A stretch of 64,000 nucleotides of DNA from the human T2T-CHM13v2.0 reference genome, Homo sapiens, in NCBI RefSeq assembly GCF_009914755.1, contig NC_060927.1. One strand, written 5' to 3'. The translations under genes and the position numbers were made by a program. Below the pieces are notes generated by a model that saw only the letters and a program-made list of their open reading frames with translations, was not told the origin of the DNA and searched no databases. How positions within the stretch are numbered: position 1 is the stretch's first letter; every line of letters begins with the position of its first letter. Positions 28,331 through 46,419 of the stretch are shown one piece after another.

Positions 28331-29179
28331 GGCTCTGTAAAACAATCGGATAGATCCACATAACTATGACTGTCTTTGGCTTTTCTTTTACAATTCTTGG
28401 TTATAGAGTACAGAGTTCCCATGCGCTGTGTAACTCACCCATGTCTGCCTGGGTGAATTTAGCTATCATCAGGGCCCATGGCCAAACTGCAGCATAATTA
28501 CATTTGTCATCTTTTTTTCTTTATTCTGTGTCCTCCTTCTAAATGACACCCTATTACTCTAACCCAAAGCCTTCCTACTGATCTGTGATTATTTAAGACC
28601 CTGCCCTGACTCCCATATACATGCACATGCTTACAAATTCACCCCCATTTCCTCTTTCTGATGGAAGGCCTTTGCTACTTCCTCTCTCACTAACTCAAAA
28701 CTGATTTTCTAAGTAGCTTATAAAAGATTGGTATTGGATGATTTATTAATATAATTGCCATTAATGTAAATAACTAGCCTTAATCTTTTCAAGAGATGCT
28801 TCTGTTCATGGGTCCTCTCCTCATAAAAACAAAGCAAGACTCTTGCTGTCATTCCTTCTTTGCATCTAAGAATGACAAGTAAGTTACTTTTAATAAGAAT
28901 ATAATAGCCCCAAGTTTCTGCAGACTTGGAGTTTGTTGACAGAGGAACCAAGGGCAAACACGGTTGTCTTCCCTATTTTTAAATATAGGTAACATTGCTT
29001 GATTATCCAATCTTACCTTTAATGACTTGCCTATGTCCATTTACACATTAGTAAATGGACATATTACTAAGCATATCAATAAGTAAATGGACATGTTACT
29101 AAACATACATATTCCTAAATACCTTACTTTTAATAACTTGCCTATGCCCATTACTAGTGTGTAAATGGACATAGCCAAG

Positions 29180-29612
29180 AGTATTAGGGTTCTCTAGAGG
29201 GACAGAACTAATAGATATATATAAAAAGGTGAGTTAATTAAGTACTAACACACATGATCACAAGGTCCCATGATAGGCTGTCTACAGGCTGAGGAGCAAG
29301 GAGAGCCAGTCCGAGTTCTAAAACTGAAGAACTTGGAGTCTGGTGTTTGAGAGCAGGAAGCATCCAGCACGGAAGAAAGGTGCAGGCTGGGAGGCTAGGC
29401 CAGTCTCTCTTTACATTTTTCTGCCTGCTCATATTCTAGCCACACTGGCAGCTGGTTAGGTTGCATCCACCCAGATTAAAGGTGGGTCTGCCTTTCCCAG
29501 CCCACTGACTCAAATGTTAATCTCCTTTGACAACACCCTCACAGACACACCCAGGATCAATACTTTGTATCCTTCAATCCAATCAAGTTGACATTCTGTA
29601 TTAACTATCACA
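29180..29612 (-). mobile_element. MLT2A (HERV-L) solo LTR
   Basis: GTATTAGGGTTCTCTAGAGGGACAGAACTAATAG...CAATCCAATCAAGTTGACATTCTGTATTAACTATCACA; TSD CCAAG/GCAAG. Confidence 0.95.
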
Positions 29613-29639
29613 GCAAGTTACTAAAGGTAAGATACTTAG

Positions 29640-29780
29640 GATGTTATTTAACCTCTCAGTACCTCAGTTTCTTTAATTCCTGTGTAAACAGCACTTACAG
29701 GGTCATTGTAAGGATTAAAGGACTTAGTGTGTAAAGAGCTCAGAAAGCAGTGATCACCTTATAAGTGTTAACTATTATTT
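29640..29780 (+). mobile_element. MIR SINE
   Basis: TTAACCTCTCAGTACCTCAGTTTC...GTCATTGTAAGGATTAAA. Confidence 0.75.
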
Positions 29781-31237
29781 GTCTTCTTAGAATTTTTTTA
29801 AAGCTTTGGGTCCTCTACTTATGCTTTTCTACCTTGCTTCCTGGCAGTTAAGACTTTAATAAAGTATGACAATTTTCTCAAAAAGATAACATATTCTAAT
29901 ACAGATTCAGGATGTACATTAATTCATAAAAAAAGTCAGGAAGAGGCAGAGGTTTATTTGACACTGTAAGACTGTAGAATATGAAGCAGTCTACCACACA
30001 ATAAAATCGGGACACTAAGGCATTATAATTAGGTATTTTTAAAAGTAGAAATGAAAAGTTTACTTTGAATATTACAATAAATTATATCACTTTATGGTTG
30101 GGTAGCATTTTAAAGTTTTTTTCATACATCATTTGAATGAGTTTCCTCTATCAAAGAAGTGAGCATGGCAGGTACATCAAGACTTATTTTAAAGTAGGAT
30201 TTGGCGTCTCATTAAAGTGTAATGTGTAATGACTTGTCCAGAAGTATTGTCTCTATTTGGGAAGGAATTTAAATTGTTGAGCTGTTAAAGGGGAACCACC
30301 TTGATCTACATAATTTGTTGATGTCTAAATTTAATTTTTAGTTTCAGTGATTTAGTTCAAACGATTGTAATAACTTTGGTGTTAATTGATGTTAGCTGGA
30401 ACAGAAAAGAACACATTGGATTCTCTGAGTCTTTCGGCTATCTAATATTTTTGAACATTATACTCAAAAATAGTGAAATAAGACTCTTTAGATACTTTAA
30501 AAAATAGACTGACTTTTTTAGGAAGCTAAGGAGGAAAAAATACTTTTGAAAGCTTTCTCTCCTTTTTAAACTTATGAAATACTCCATATGTTTAGTAAAA
30601 AGATTCAGGTTGAATGTGCAGCACTCAACTCTGGATGAAAGAAGTGGGATTTTTAACATAACTGTCAATTCTGAAAGGCAAATAATCTCATTATTAAAGA
30701 CCTTGGCAGTTCAAATTGTTACCGAAGTTTTATGAATGCAAAGGATGTATAATTTCAATTAGGATGAAAGCACCTCATTCCTTTGATTCAACAACAACAA
30801 AAAATACTTGGATGCTTCTACTTTTAAAGCAAGTTGTTGGATAGTTGCAACTGATCAAGCATAGCATTTTTCTATGCAATCTTTCAGTTTTATTTTTTGT
30901 ATGTATTCATTAGGGCAAGGTAGGCCCCAAAGGCTAGGATTATGAGCAGTGGTTTTTTTGTTGTTGTTGTCTTGTCATCTTTTTTTTTTTTTTTTCAATA
31001 AAACCTATTCTTACACAGCATAGCTGTTTCACATTAGAAAGAAGCACTGATTCAGGCCAACACAATGGCCCTGAATTCAGGCCAAAATTAGTCTTGACCC
31101 ATCTACCATCTTTTTGGGTAACCTCCTCCAGATCAGGGCTCTGTCTGTCTGCCTAAAGAACTAACAGTGCTTGTTCCTTCTATTCTAGTTTCTTTTCTCA
31201 GGAAGCACTTGGAATATTTATTCACACTAAGCTATTA

Positions 31238-31746
<509 letters not shown>

Positions 31747-32149
31747 TTATTATGAAACTGACATTGTGGAACATGAGCTACTCTGCATGAAAGCTGTACA
31801 TAAATGAACAAATAATTCTTGAAGATTGACTATGTACCACCACCATTTTTCTACCCATCTTAACCTTATTTATTTATTTGTGTCCCGATTCATGATTTTT
31901 ATACATTTAAAAAATCATCCATCAGGACACACTTAAAAATTATTTTCTGATTTGTGTGTGTTTAATATAAACAGTCTTCCGAAAGTATTGCAGTTACATC
32001 ACTTTTAGGTATGCCTTTGATGTAATGTTATTGTTGCAAAGGGAAAAAAAAAATCACACAAAATGCTGGACTGAGGGCTGCTGTGGGCAGTGTAGAATTG
32101 GTGAAGAGCTCTGGTCTTGGAGTCAAACAGATGTTGGGAAAGTGACTTT

Positions 32150-33190
<1,041 letters not shown>

Positions 33191-33404
33191 TTCAGTTTTT
33201 TTTTTAATTTAAGTTCTAGGGTACATGTGCATAAAGTGCAGGTTTGTTACATAGGTATACATGTGCCATGTTGGTTTGCTGCACCCATCAACTCATCATT
33301 TACATTAGGTATTTCTCCTAATGCTATCCCTCCACCAGCCTCCTAACCCTTGACAGGCCCCAGTGTATGATATTACCCTCCCTGTGTCCATGTGTTCTTG
33401 TTGT

Positions 33405-37079
<3,675 letters not shown>

Positions 37080-37142
37080 TATGATATTAGCTGGTTATTT
37101 TGCCCATTAATTGATACCGTTTGTTCACAGCATTGATGATCT

Positions 37143-38173
37143 TTACCATTTGGTGTGTTTTTACAGTGGCTGGTATCAGTTGTTCCTTACCATATTTAGT
37201 GCTTCCTTCAGCAGCTCTTGTAAGGCAAGCCTGGTGGTGACAAAATCTCTCAGCATTTGCTTGTCTGTAAAGGGTTTTATTTGTCCTTCACTTATGAAGT
37301 TTAGTTTGGCTGGATATGAGATTCTTGATTGAAAATTCTTTTAAGAATGTTGAATATTGGCCCCCACTCTCTTCTGGCTTTTAGGGTTTCTGCAGAGAGA
37401 TGCTGTTAGCCTGATGGGCTTCCCTTTGTGGGTAACCTGACCTTTCTCTTTGACTGCTTTTAACATTTTTTCCTTCATTTCAACCTTGGTGAATCTGACG
37501 ATTATGTGTCTTGGGGTTGCTCTTCTTGAGGAATATCTTTGTGGTGTCCTCTGTATTTCTTGAATTTGAAAGTTGGCCTGCCGTGCTAGGTTAGGGACGT
37601 TCTCCTGGTTAATATCCTGAAGAGTGTTTTCTAACTTGGTTCCATTCTCCCTGTCACTTTCTGATACTCCAGTCAAACGTAGATTTGGTCTTTTCACATA
37701 GTCCCATATATCTTGGAGGCTTTGTTCTCTTCTTTTCACTCTTTTCTCTCTAATCTTGTCTTCATGCTTTATTTCATTAAGTTGATCTTCAGTCACTGAT
37801 ATCCTTTCTTCCACTTGATCAAATCGGCTACTGAAGCTTGTGCATGCGTCACAAAGCTCTTGTGCCATGGTTTTCAGCTCCGTCAGGTCATTTAACATCT
37901 TCTCTGTGCTGTTTATTCTAGTTAGCCATTTGTCTAACCTTTTTGCAAGGTTTTCAGCTTGCTTGCAATTCGTTAGAACTTGCTCCTTTAGCTCAGAAAA
38001 GTTTGTTATTACTGACCTTCTGAAGCCTACTTCTGTCAACTTTTCAAACTCATTCTCCGTCCAGTTTTGTCCCCTTGCTGGCGAGGAGCTGTGATCCTTC
38101 GGAGGAGAAGAGGTGCTCTGTTTTTTGGAATTTTCAGCTTTCCTGCTTCTCTGCTTCTCTGGTTTGTCCCCAT
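37143..38173 (-). pseudogene. L1 ORF1 (RNA-binding protein), frameshifted
   Basis: ATG at 38173; 232-aa open stretch 37341-38039 with coiled-coil and RRM motifs. Confidence 0.92.
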
Positions 38174-38251
38174 CTTTGTGGTTTTATCTACCTTTGGTCT
38201 TTGATGTTGGTGACCTACAGATGGGGTTTTGGTGTGGATGTCCTTTTCGTT

Positions 38252-39189
38252 GATGGCCGAATAGGAACAGCTCCAGTCTGCAGTTGTCAGTGAGGTTGAC
38301 GCAGAAGACGAGTGATTTTTGCATTTCCAACTGAGGTACCTGGTTCATCTCATTGGGACTGGTTGGACAGTAGGTGCAGCCCATGAAGGGAGAGCTGAAG
38401 CAGGGCAGGGTGTCGCCTGACCTGGGAAGTGCAAGGGGTCGGGGGATTTCCCTTTACTAGCCAAGGGAAGCCGTGACAGACTGTACCTGGAGAAACTGTA
38501 CACCCTTGACCTAATACTGTGCTTTGCCCACAGTCTTAGCAACCGGCAAGCCAGGAGATAACCTCCACTGCCTGGCTCAGTGGGTCCCACGCCCATGGAG
38601 ACTTGCTCACTGCTAGCGCAGCAGTCTGAGATCCACCTGCAATGCTGCAGCTTGACGTGGAGGAGGGGCACCTGCCATTGCTGAGGCTTGTGTAGCTTAC
38701 AGTGTAAACAAAGTGGCCAGGAAGCCCTGACTGGGCGGAGCCCACTGCAGCTCAGCAAGGCCTACTGCCTCTGTAGATTCCACCTCTGGGGGTAGGTCAT
38801 AGTAGAACAAAAGGCAGCAGACAGCTTCTGCAGACTTAAACATCCCTGTCTAACAGCTCTGAAGAGAGCAGTGGTTCTCTCAGCATGGCGTTTGAGCTCC
38901 GAGAATGGACAGACTGCCTCCTCAAGTGGGTCCCTGACCCCCGTGTAGCCTGACTGGGAGACATCTCCCTATAGAGGCCGACAGATACCTCATACAGGGA
39001 GGTGCCCTTCTGGGATGAAGCTTCCAGAGGAAGGATCAGGCAGCAATATTTGCTGTTTTGCAGCCTCCACTGGTGATACCCAGGCAAACAGGGTCTGGAG
39101 TGGATCTCCAGCAAATTCCAACAGACCTGCAGCTGAGGGGTCTGACTGTTAGAAGGAAAACTAACAAACAGAAAGGAAGAGCATCCACA
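38252..39189 (+). mobile_element. Inverted L1 5'UTR (internal promoter) of the same insertion
   Basis: GATGGCCGAATAGGAACAGCTCCAGTCTGCAG...GAAAACTAACAAACAGAAAGGAAGAGCATCCACA is L1 5'UTR in sense on the + strand, opposite to the body. Confidence 0.95.
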
Positions 39190-39197
39190 GTTTTTAA

Positions 39198-39531
<334 letters not shown>

Positions 39532-40344
39532 CTATTTTTACTTTTTTGAGGAGCCTCCATCCCTTTTTTTCATAAAGGCTATTCCAATTTACATTCCCAC
39601 CAACAGCGGACCTGGGTTCTCTTTTCTTTACACCCTGGGCCAGAAACAAACATTTACGAGCTTTGATTTTCTCTTCTTTCAAATAGGGACAATAATGAGC
39701 CCATGTGACTGTTGTGAAAATTAAATGGTAATGGGAAAGTACGTAGAGCATTTAGCTTTGTGCTAGGCACAAACAAAACACTCATTCAATTGTATAAATT
39801 GTATACACTTATACTAATTATAGTAGTTGTTATGATTTATTGGGAAAAATTGCTTAGAGTGGGGATCTTTTGTATGAGGGGGAAAGGAATCAAAAGTGAG
39901 ATGGTAGAAATCTGCAGAAAAAAACTAGCAAATTCAAGAGCCACTCCCATGGTCAGCCACACAGAAAAGAGAAGCAGGGACAAGACAAGGAGAGATGGAG
40001 AATGGAACCAACCACAAGAGTGGAATGAGGGAGGACCAGGACATACTAGAAATAGGAACAAACAGAGTTAAAGGTTTTTGTCAAGGCCACACTGGGCACT
40101 CTCAAGCTGTTAGCTGCTCTATCTGTAGGAACCCTGCATTATGGTAATGACATTATTATAAGAGAGTTGGTGCCCAGATGAGAAAATCATAATTACTAGT
40201 GGAGCAAAGCATGGTTTAATGAGCTCCACCTTGTAGCAAAGGTCTGGAGTCTGTAATGCAAAACCAAGAATGAGGTCTTGAGGGAAATCATTTATGTTAT
40301 AAACAAAAGGATGGTGTTGATGTTGAGGCTGTAGTTGGTTTTTT

Positions 40345-43300
40345 GGTTTTTTTCCTTTCTTTTTTTTAAATTATACTTTAAGTTCTGGGATACATGTGCC
40401 TAATGTGCAGGTTTGTTACGTAGGTATACACATGCCATGCTGGTTTGCTGCACCCATCAACCCGTCATCCACATTAGGGATTTCTGCTAGTGTTATCCTT
40501 CCCCTAGTTCTCCATCCCCCAACAGGCCCCGGTATGTGATGTTCTCTTCCCGTGTCCATGTGTTCTCATTGTTCAGCTCCCACTTATCAGTGAGAACAGG
40601 TGGTGTTTGGTTTTCTGTTCCCGCGTTAGTTTGCTGAGAATAATGGTTTCCAGCTTCATCCATGTCCCTGCAAAGGACATGAACTCATCCTTTTTTTATG
40701 GCTGCAGAGTATTCCATGGTGTATATGTGCCACATTTTCTTTATCCAATCTGTCATTATGAGCATTTGGGTTGATTCCAAGTCTTTGCTATTGTAAACAG
40801 TGCTGCAATGTACATATGTGTGCATGTATATAATTTATAAATGATTTATAATCCTTTGCGTATGTATCCAGTAATGGGATTGCTGGGTCACATGGTATTT
40901 CTGGTTCTAGATCCTTGAGGAATCACCACACTGTCTTCCACAATGGTTGAACTAATTTGCACTCCCACAAAAAAAGTATGAAAGCATTCCTATTTCTCCA
41001 CATCCTCTCCAGGATCTGTTTCCTGACTTTCTATTGATCGCCATTCTAACTGGCATGAGACGGTATCGCATTGTGGTTTTGATTTGCATTTCTCTAATGA
41101 CCAGTGATGATGAGTGCTTGTTCATGTTTCTTGGCCACATAAATGTCTTCTTTTGAGAAGTGTCTGTTCATTTTCTTCTCCCACTTTTTGATGGGGTTGT
41201 TTTTTTTTCTTGTGAATTTAAGTTCCTTGTAGATTCTGGATATTAGCCCTTTGTCAGATGGGTAGATTGCAAAAATTTTCTCCTATTCTGCAGGTTGCCT
41301 GCTCACTCTGATGATAGTTTCTTTTGCTTTGCAGAAGCTTTTTAGTCTAACTTGGCCCTATTGTCAATTTTGGCTTTTGTTGCTTTTGGTGTTTTAGTCA
41401 TGAAGTCTTTGCTCATGCCTATGTCCTGAAAGTTATTGCCAAGGTTTTTTTCTAGGGTTTTTATGGTTTTAGGTGTTATGTTTAAGTCTTTAACCCATCT
41501 TGAGTTAATTTTTATATAAGGTGTAAGGAAGGGGTCCAGTTTCAGTTTTCCACATATGGCTAGCCAGTTTTCCCAACACCATTAATTAAATAAGGAATCC
41601 TTTCCCCATTGCTTGTTTTTGTCAGGTTTGTCAAAGATCAGTTGGTTGTAGATATGTGGTGCTATTTCTGAAGGCTCTGTTCTGTTCCATTGGTCTATAT
41701 GTCTGTTTTGGTACCAGTACCATGCTGTTTTGGTTACTGTAGCCTTGCAGTATAGTTTGAAGTCAGGTAGCATGATGCCTCCAGCTTTGTTCTTTTTGCT
41801 TAGGATTGTCTTGGCTATGCAGGCTCTTTTTTGGTTCCATATGAAATTTAAGGCAGTTTTTTCAAATTCTGTGAAGAAAGTCAATGGTAGCTTGATGGGG
41901 ATAGCATTGAATCTATAAATTACCTTGGGCAGTATGGCCATTTTCACAATATTGATTCTTCCTATCCATGAGCATGGAGTGTTCTTCCATTTGTTTTTGT
42001 GTCCTCTTATTTCGTTGAGCAGTGGTTTGTAGTTCTTGAAGAGGTTCTTCACATCCCTTGTAAGTTGGATTCCTAGGTATTTTATTCTCTTTTTAGTAAT
42101 TCTGAATGGGAATTCACCATGATTTGGCTCTCTGAAATGCTTGTGATTTTTGCACATTGTCTATCCTGAGACTTTGCTGACGTTGCTTATCAGCTTAAGG
42201 AGATTTTGGGCTGAGACGATGGGGTTTTCTAAACATACAATCATGTCATCTGAAAACAGAAACAATTTGAGTTCCTCTCTTTCTATTTGAATACGCTTTA
42301 TTTCTTTCTCTTGCCTGATTGTCCTGGCCAGAACTTCCAATACTCTGCTGAATAGGAGTGGTGAGAGAGGGCACCCTTGTCTTGTGCTGGTTTTCCAAAG
42401 GGAATGCTTCCAGTTTTTGCCCATTCAGTATGATATTGGCTGTGGATTTGTCATAAATAGCTCTTATTATTTTGAGATACATTCAATCAATACCTAGTTT
42501 ATTGAGAGTTTTTAGCATGAAGGGGTGTTGAATTTGGTCAAAGGCCTTGTCTGCATCTGTTGAGCTTATCATGTGGTTTTTGTCATTGGTTCTGTTTATG
42601 TGATGGATTACATTTATTGATTTGTGTATGTTGAGCCAGACTTGCATCCCAGGGATGAAGCCGACTTGGTCATGGTGGATAACTTTTTGATGTGCTGGTG
42701 GATTTGGTTTACCAGTATTTTATTGAGGATTTTTGCATCGATATTCATCAGGGATATTGGTCTAAAATTTTCTTTTTTTATTGTATATCTGCCATGTTTT
42801 GCTATCAGGAGGATGCTGGCCTCATAAAATGAGTTAGGGAGGATTCCCTCTTTTTCTATTGTTTTGAATAGTTTCAGAAGGACTGCTACCAGCTCATCTT
42901 TATATCTCTGGTAGAATTTGGCTGTGAATTCATCTGGTACTGGATGTTTTTTGGTTGGTAGGCTATTAATTTACTGCCACAATTTCAGAACTTGTTATTG
43001 GTCTATTCAGGGATTCAGCTTCTTCCTGGTTTAGTCTTGGGTGAGTGTATGTGTCCAGGAATGTATCCATTTCTTCTAGATTTTCTATTTTATTTGCATA
43101 GAGGGGTTTATAGTATTCTCTGATAGTAGTTTGTATTTCTGTGTGATCAGTGGTGATATCCTCTTTATCATTTTTTATCACATCTGTTTGATTCTTCTCT
43201 CTCTCCTTCTTTATTAGTCTGGCTAGTCATCTATCTATTTTGTTAATCTTTTAAAAACAGCTCCTGGATTCATTGATTTTTTTTTTGAAGGGTTTTTCAT

Positions 43301-46300
43301 GTCTCTGTCTCCTTCAGTTCTGCTCTTGTCTTAGTTATTTCTTGTCTTCTGCTAGTTTTTGAATGTGTTTGCTCTTGCTTCTGTAGTTCTTTTAGTTTTG
43401 ATGTTAGGGTGTCGATTTTAGATCTTTCCTGCTTTCTCTTGTGGGTACTTAGTGCTATAAATTTCCCTGTAAACATTGCTTTAGCTGTGTCCCAGAGATT
43501 CTGGTACATCGTGTCTTTGTTCTCATTGGTTTCAAAGAACTTCTTTATTTCTGCCTTAATTACGTTACCCAGTAGTCATTCAGGAGCAGGTTATTCAGTT
43601 TCCAGCTAGTTGGGGTGTTAAAATCTCCCACTATTATTGTGTGGGAGTCTAAGTCTCTTCATAAGTTTCTAAGAATTTGCTTTATGAATCTGTGCTCCTG
43701 TATTGGGTGCATATACATTTAGCATAGTTAGCTCTTGTTGCACTGATCCCTTTACCATTAAGTAATGCCCTTCTTTGTCTCTTTTGAACTTTGTTGGTTT
43801 AAAGTCTGTTTTATCATGGACTAGGATTGTAACCTCTCCTTTTTTTTTTGCTTTCCATTTTGTTGTAAATACTCCTCTATCCCTTTATTTTGAGCCTATA
43901 TGTGTCTTTGCACGTGAGTTGGGTCTCCTGAATACAGCCCACCAATGGGTTTGACTCTTTTCTAATTTGCCAGTCCGTGTCTTTTAAATGGGGCATTTAG
44001 CCCATTTACATTTAAGGTTATTATTGTTATGTGTGAATTCGATCCTGTCATTATGATGCTAGCTGGTTATTTTGTCCGTTAGTTGATGCAGTTTCTTCAT
44101 AGTGTTGATGGTGTTTTCAATTTGGTATGTTTTTGCAGTGGCTGGTACCAGTTGTTCCTTTCCATGTTTAGTGCTTCCTTCAGGAGCTTTTGTAGGGCAG
44201 GCCTGGTGGTGACAAAATCTCTTAGCATTTGCTTGTCTGTAAAGGATTTTATTTCTCCTTCACTTATGAAGCTTAGTTTGGTTGGGTATGAAATTCTAGG
44301 TTGAAAATTCTTTAAGAATTTTGAATATTGGCCCCCACTCTCTTCTGGCTTGTAGGGTTTCTGCAGAGAGATCTGCTGTTAGTCTGTTGTGCTCCCCTTT
44401 GTGGGTAACCTGATTTTTTTCTCTCTCTGGCTGCCCTAACATTTTTTCCTTCTAAAACCTTGGTGAATCTGACAATTATGTGTCTTGGGGTTGCTCTTCT
44501 CCAGGAGTATCTTTTGGTGTTCTGTATATTTCCTGAATTTCAATGTTGGCCTGTCTTGCTAGGCTGGGGAAGTTTTCCTGGATAATATCCCGAAGAGTGT
44601 TTTCCAACTTGGTTCCATTCTCCCCGTCACTTTCAGGTACACCAATCAAATGTAGGTTTGGTCTTTTCCTAGTCTCATATTTCTTGGAGGCTTTGTTCAT
44701 TCCTTTCCATTCTTTTTTCTCTAATCTTGTCTTCATGCTTTATTTCATTAAGTTGATCTTCAGTCACTGACATCCTTTCTTCTGCTTGATTGATTCTGCT
44801 ATTGATACTTGTGTATGCTTCACAAAGTTCTCGTGCTGTGTTTTTCACCCCCCTCAGGTCATTTGTGTTCTTCTCTTAACTGATTATTCTAGTTAGCAAT
44901 TCCGCTAACCTTTTTTCAAGATTCTTAGCTTCCTTGCCTTGGGTTAGAACATGCTCCTTTAGCTCGGAGGAGTTTGTTATTACCCACTTTCTGAAGCCTA
45001 CTTCTGTCCATTTGTGAAACTCATTCTCTGTCCAGTTTTGTTCCCTTGCTGGTGAGGAGTTGTGATCCTTTGGAGGACGAGGCATTCTGGCTTTTGGAAT
45101 TTTCAGGCTTTTTGCACTGGTTTCTCCCCATCTTTGTGGATTTGTCTATCTTTGCTCTTTGATGTTGGTGACCTTTGGATGGGGTTTTTGTGTGGACATC
45201 CTTTTTGTTCACGTTGATCCTATTCCTTTCTGTTAGTTTTCCTTCTAACATGCCCCTCTGCTGCAGGTCTCCTGGAGTTCTCTGGAGGTCCCCTCCAGAC
45301 GCTGTTTGCCTGGGTATCTCCAGCGGAGGCTGCAGAACAGAAGAGGTTGCTGCCTGTTCCTTCCTCTGGAAGCTTCGTCCCAGAGGGGCCTGGCTAGATG
45401 CCAGCTGGAGCTCTCCTGTATGAGGTGTCTGTCAGCCCCTGTTGGGAGGTGTCTTCGAGTCAGGAGGCATGGGGGTCAGGAACGCACCTGAGGAGGCAGT
45501 CTGTCACTTAGCTGAGCTAGAGCACTGTGTCGGGAGACCCACTGCTCTCTTCAGAGCTGGCAGGCAGGAACATTTAAGTCTGCTGAAGCTGTGCCCACAG
45601 CTGCCCAGGTGCTGTGTCCCAGGGAGATGGGAGTTTTATCTATAAGCCCCTGACTGGGGCTGCTGCCTTTCTTTCAGAGATGTCCTGCCCAGAGAGGAGG
45701 AATCTAGAGAGGCAGTCTGGCTACAGCAGTTTTGCTGAGCTGCGGTGAGCTCCACCCCATTCGAAATTCCCAGTGGCTTTGTTTACACTGTGAGGGGAAA
45801 ACCACCTATTCAAACCTCAGTAATGGGGGACGCCCCACCCCCCACCGAGCTCAAGCATCCTAGGTTGACTTCAGACTGCTGTGCTGGCAGCGAGAATCTC
45901 AAGCCAGTGGATCTTAGCTTGCTGGGCTCCATGGGGGTGAGATCTGCTGAGCAAGACCACTTGGCTCCCTGGCTTCAGTCCTCTTTCCAGGGGAGTGAAC
46001 AGTTCTGTTTCACTGGCATTCCAGGTGCTACTGGGGTATGAAAAAAACTCCTGCAGCTAGCTCAGTGTCTGCCCAAATGGCCGCCCAGTTTTGTGCTTAA
46101 AACCCAGGGCCCTGGTGGTGTAGACACTTGACAGAATTTCCTGGCCTGGGAGTTGCACAGAATGTGGGAAAAGCAGAGTCCCTCATGGCTTCCCTTGGCT
46201 ATCGGAGGGAGTTCCCCAGCCCCTTGTGCTTCCAAGGTGAGATGACACCCCACCCTGCTTCGGCTTGCCCTCCATGGGCTGTACCTAGTTTTTAACCAGT

Positions 46301-46419
46301 CCCAATGAGATGAGCTAGGTACCTCAGTTGGAAATGCAGAAATCACCCGCCTTCTGCATTGATCTCACTGGGAGCTGCAGACCGCAGTACTTCCTATTTG
46401 GCCATCTTGCCAGCCACCC
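40345..46419 (-). mobile_element. Full-length L1PA (PA7/PA8-like), inactivated
   Basis: Intact 5' end (revcomp GGGTGGCTGGCAAGATGGCCAAATAGGAA); ORF1 ATG 45131, ORF2 ATG 44051; ~300-bp endonuclease deletion at ~43605 versus the neighbouring L1; degenerate TSD GAGGCTGTAGTT/GAGGTCATAGTT. Confidence 0.97.
45823..46041 (+). other. L1 ORF0-like antisense open frame (72 aa)
   Basis: MGDAPPPTELKHPRLTSDCCAGSEN... resembles the ORF0 N-terminus (MAGAPPP...ISDCCAS) in the antisense 5'UTR; expression unknown. Confidence 0.6.
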
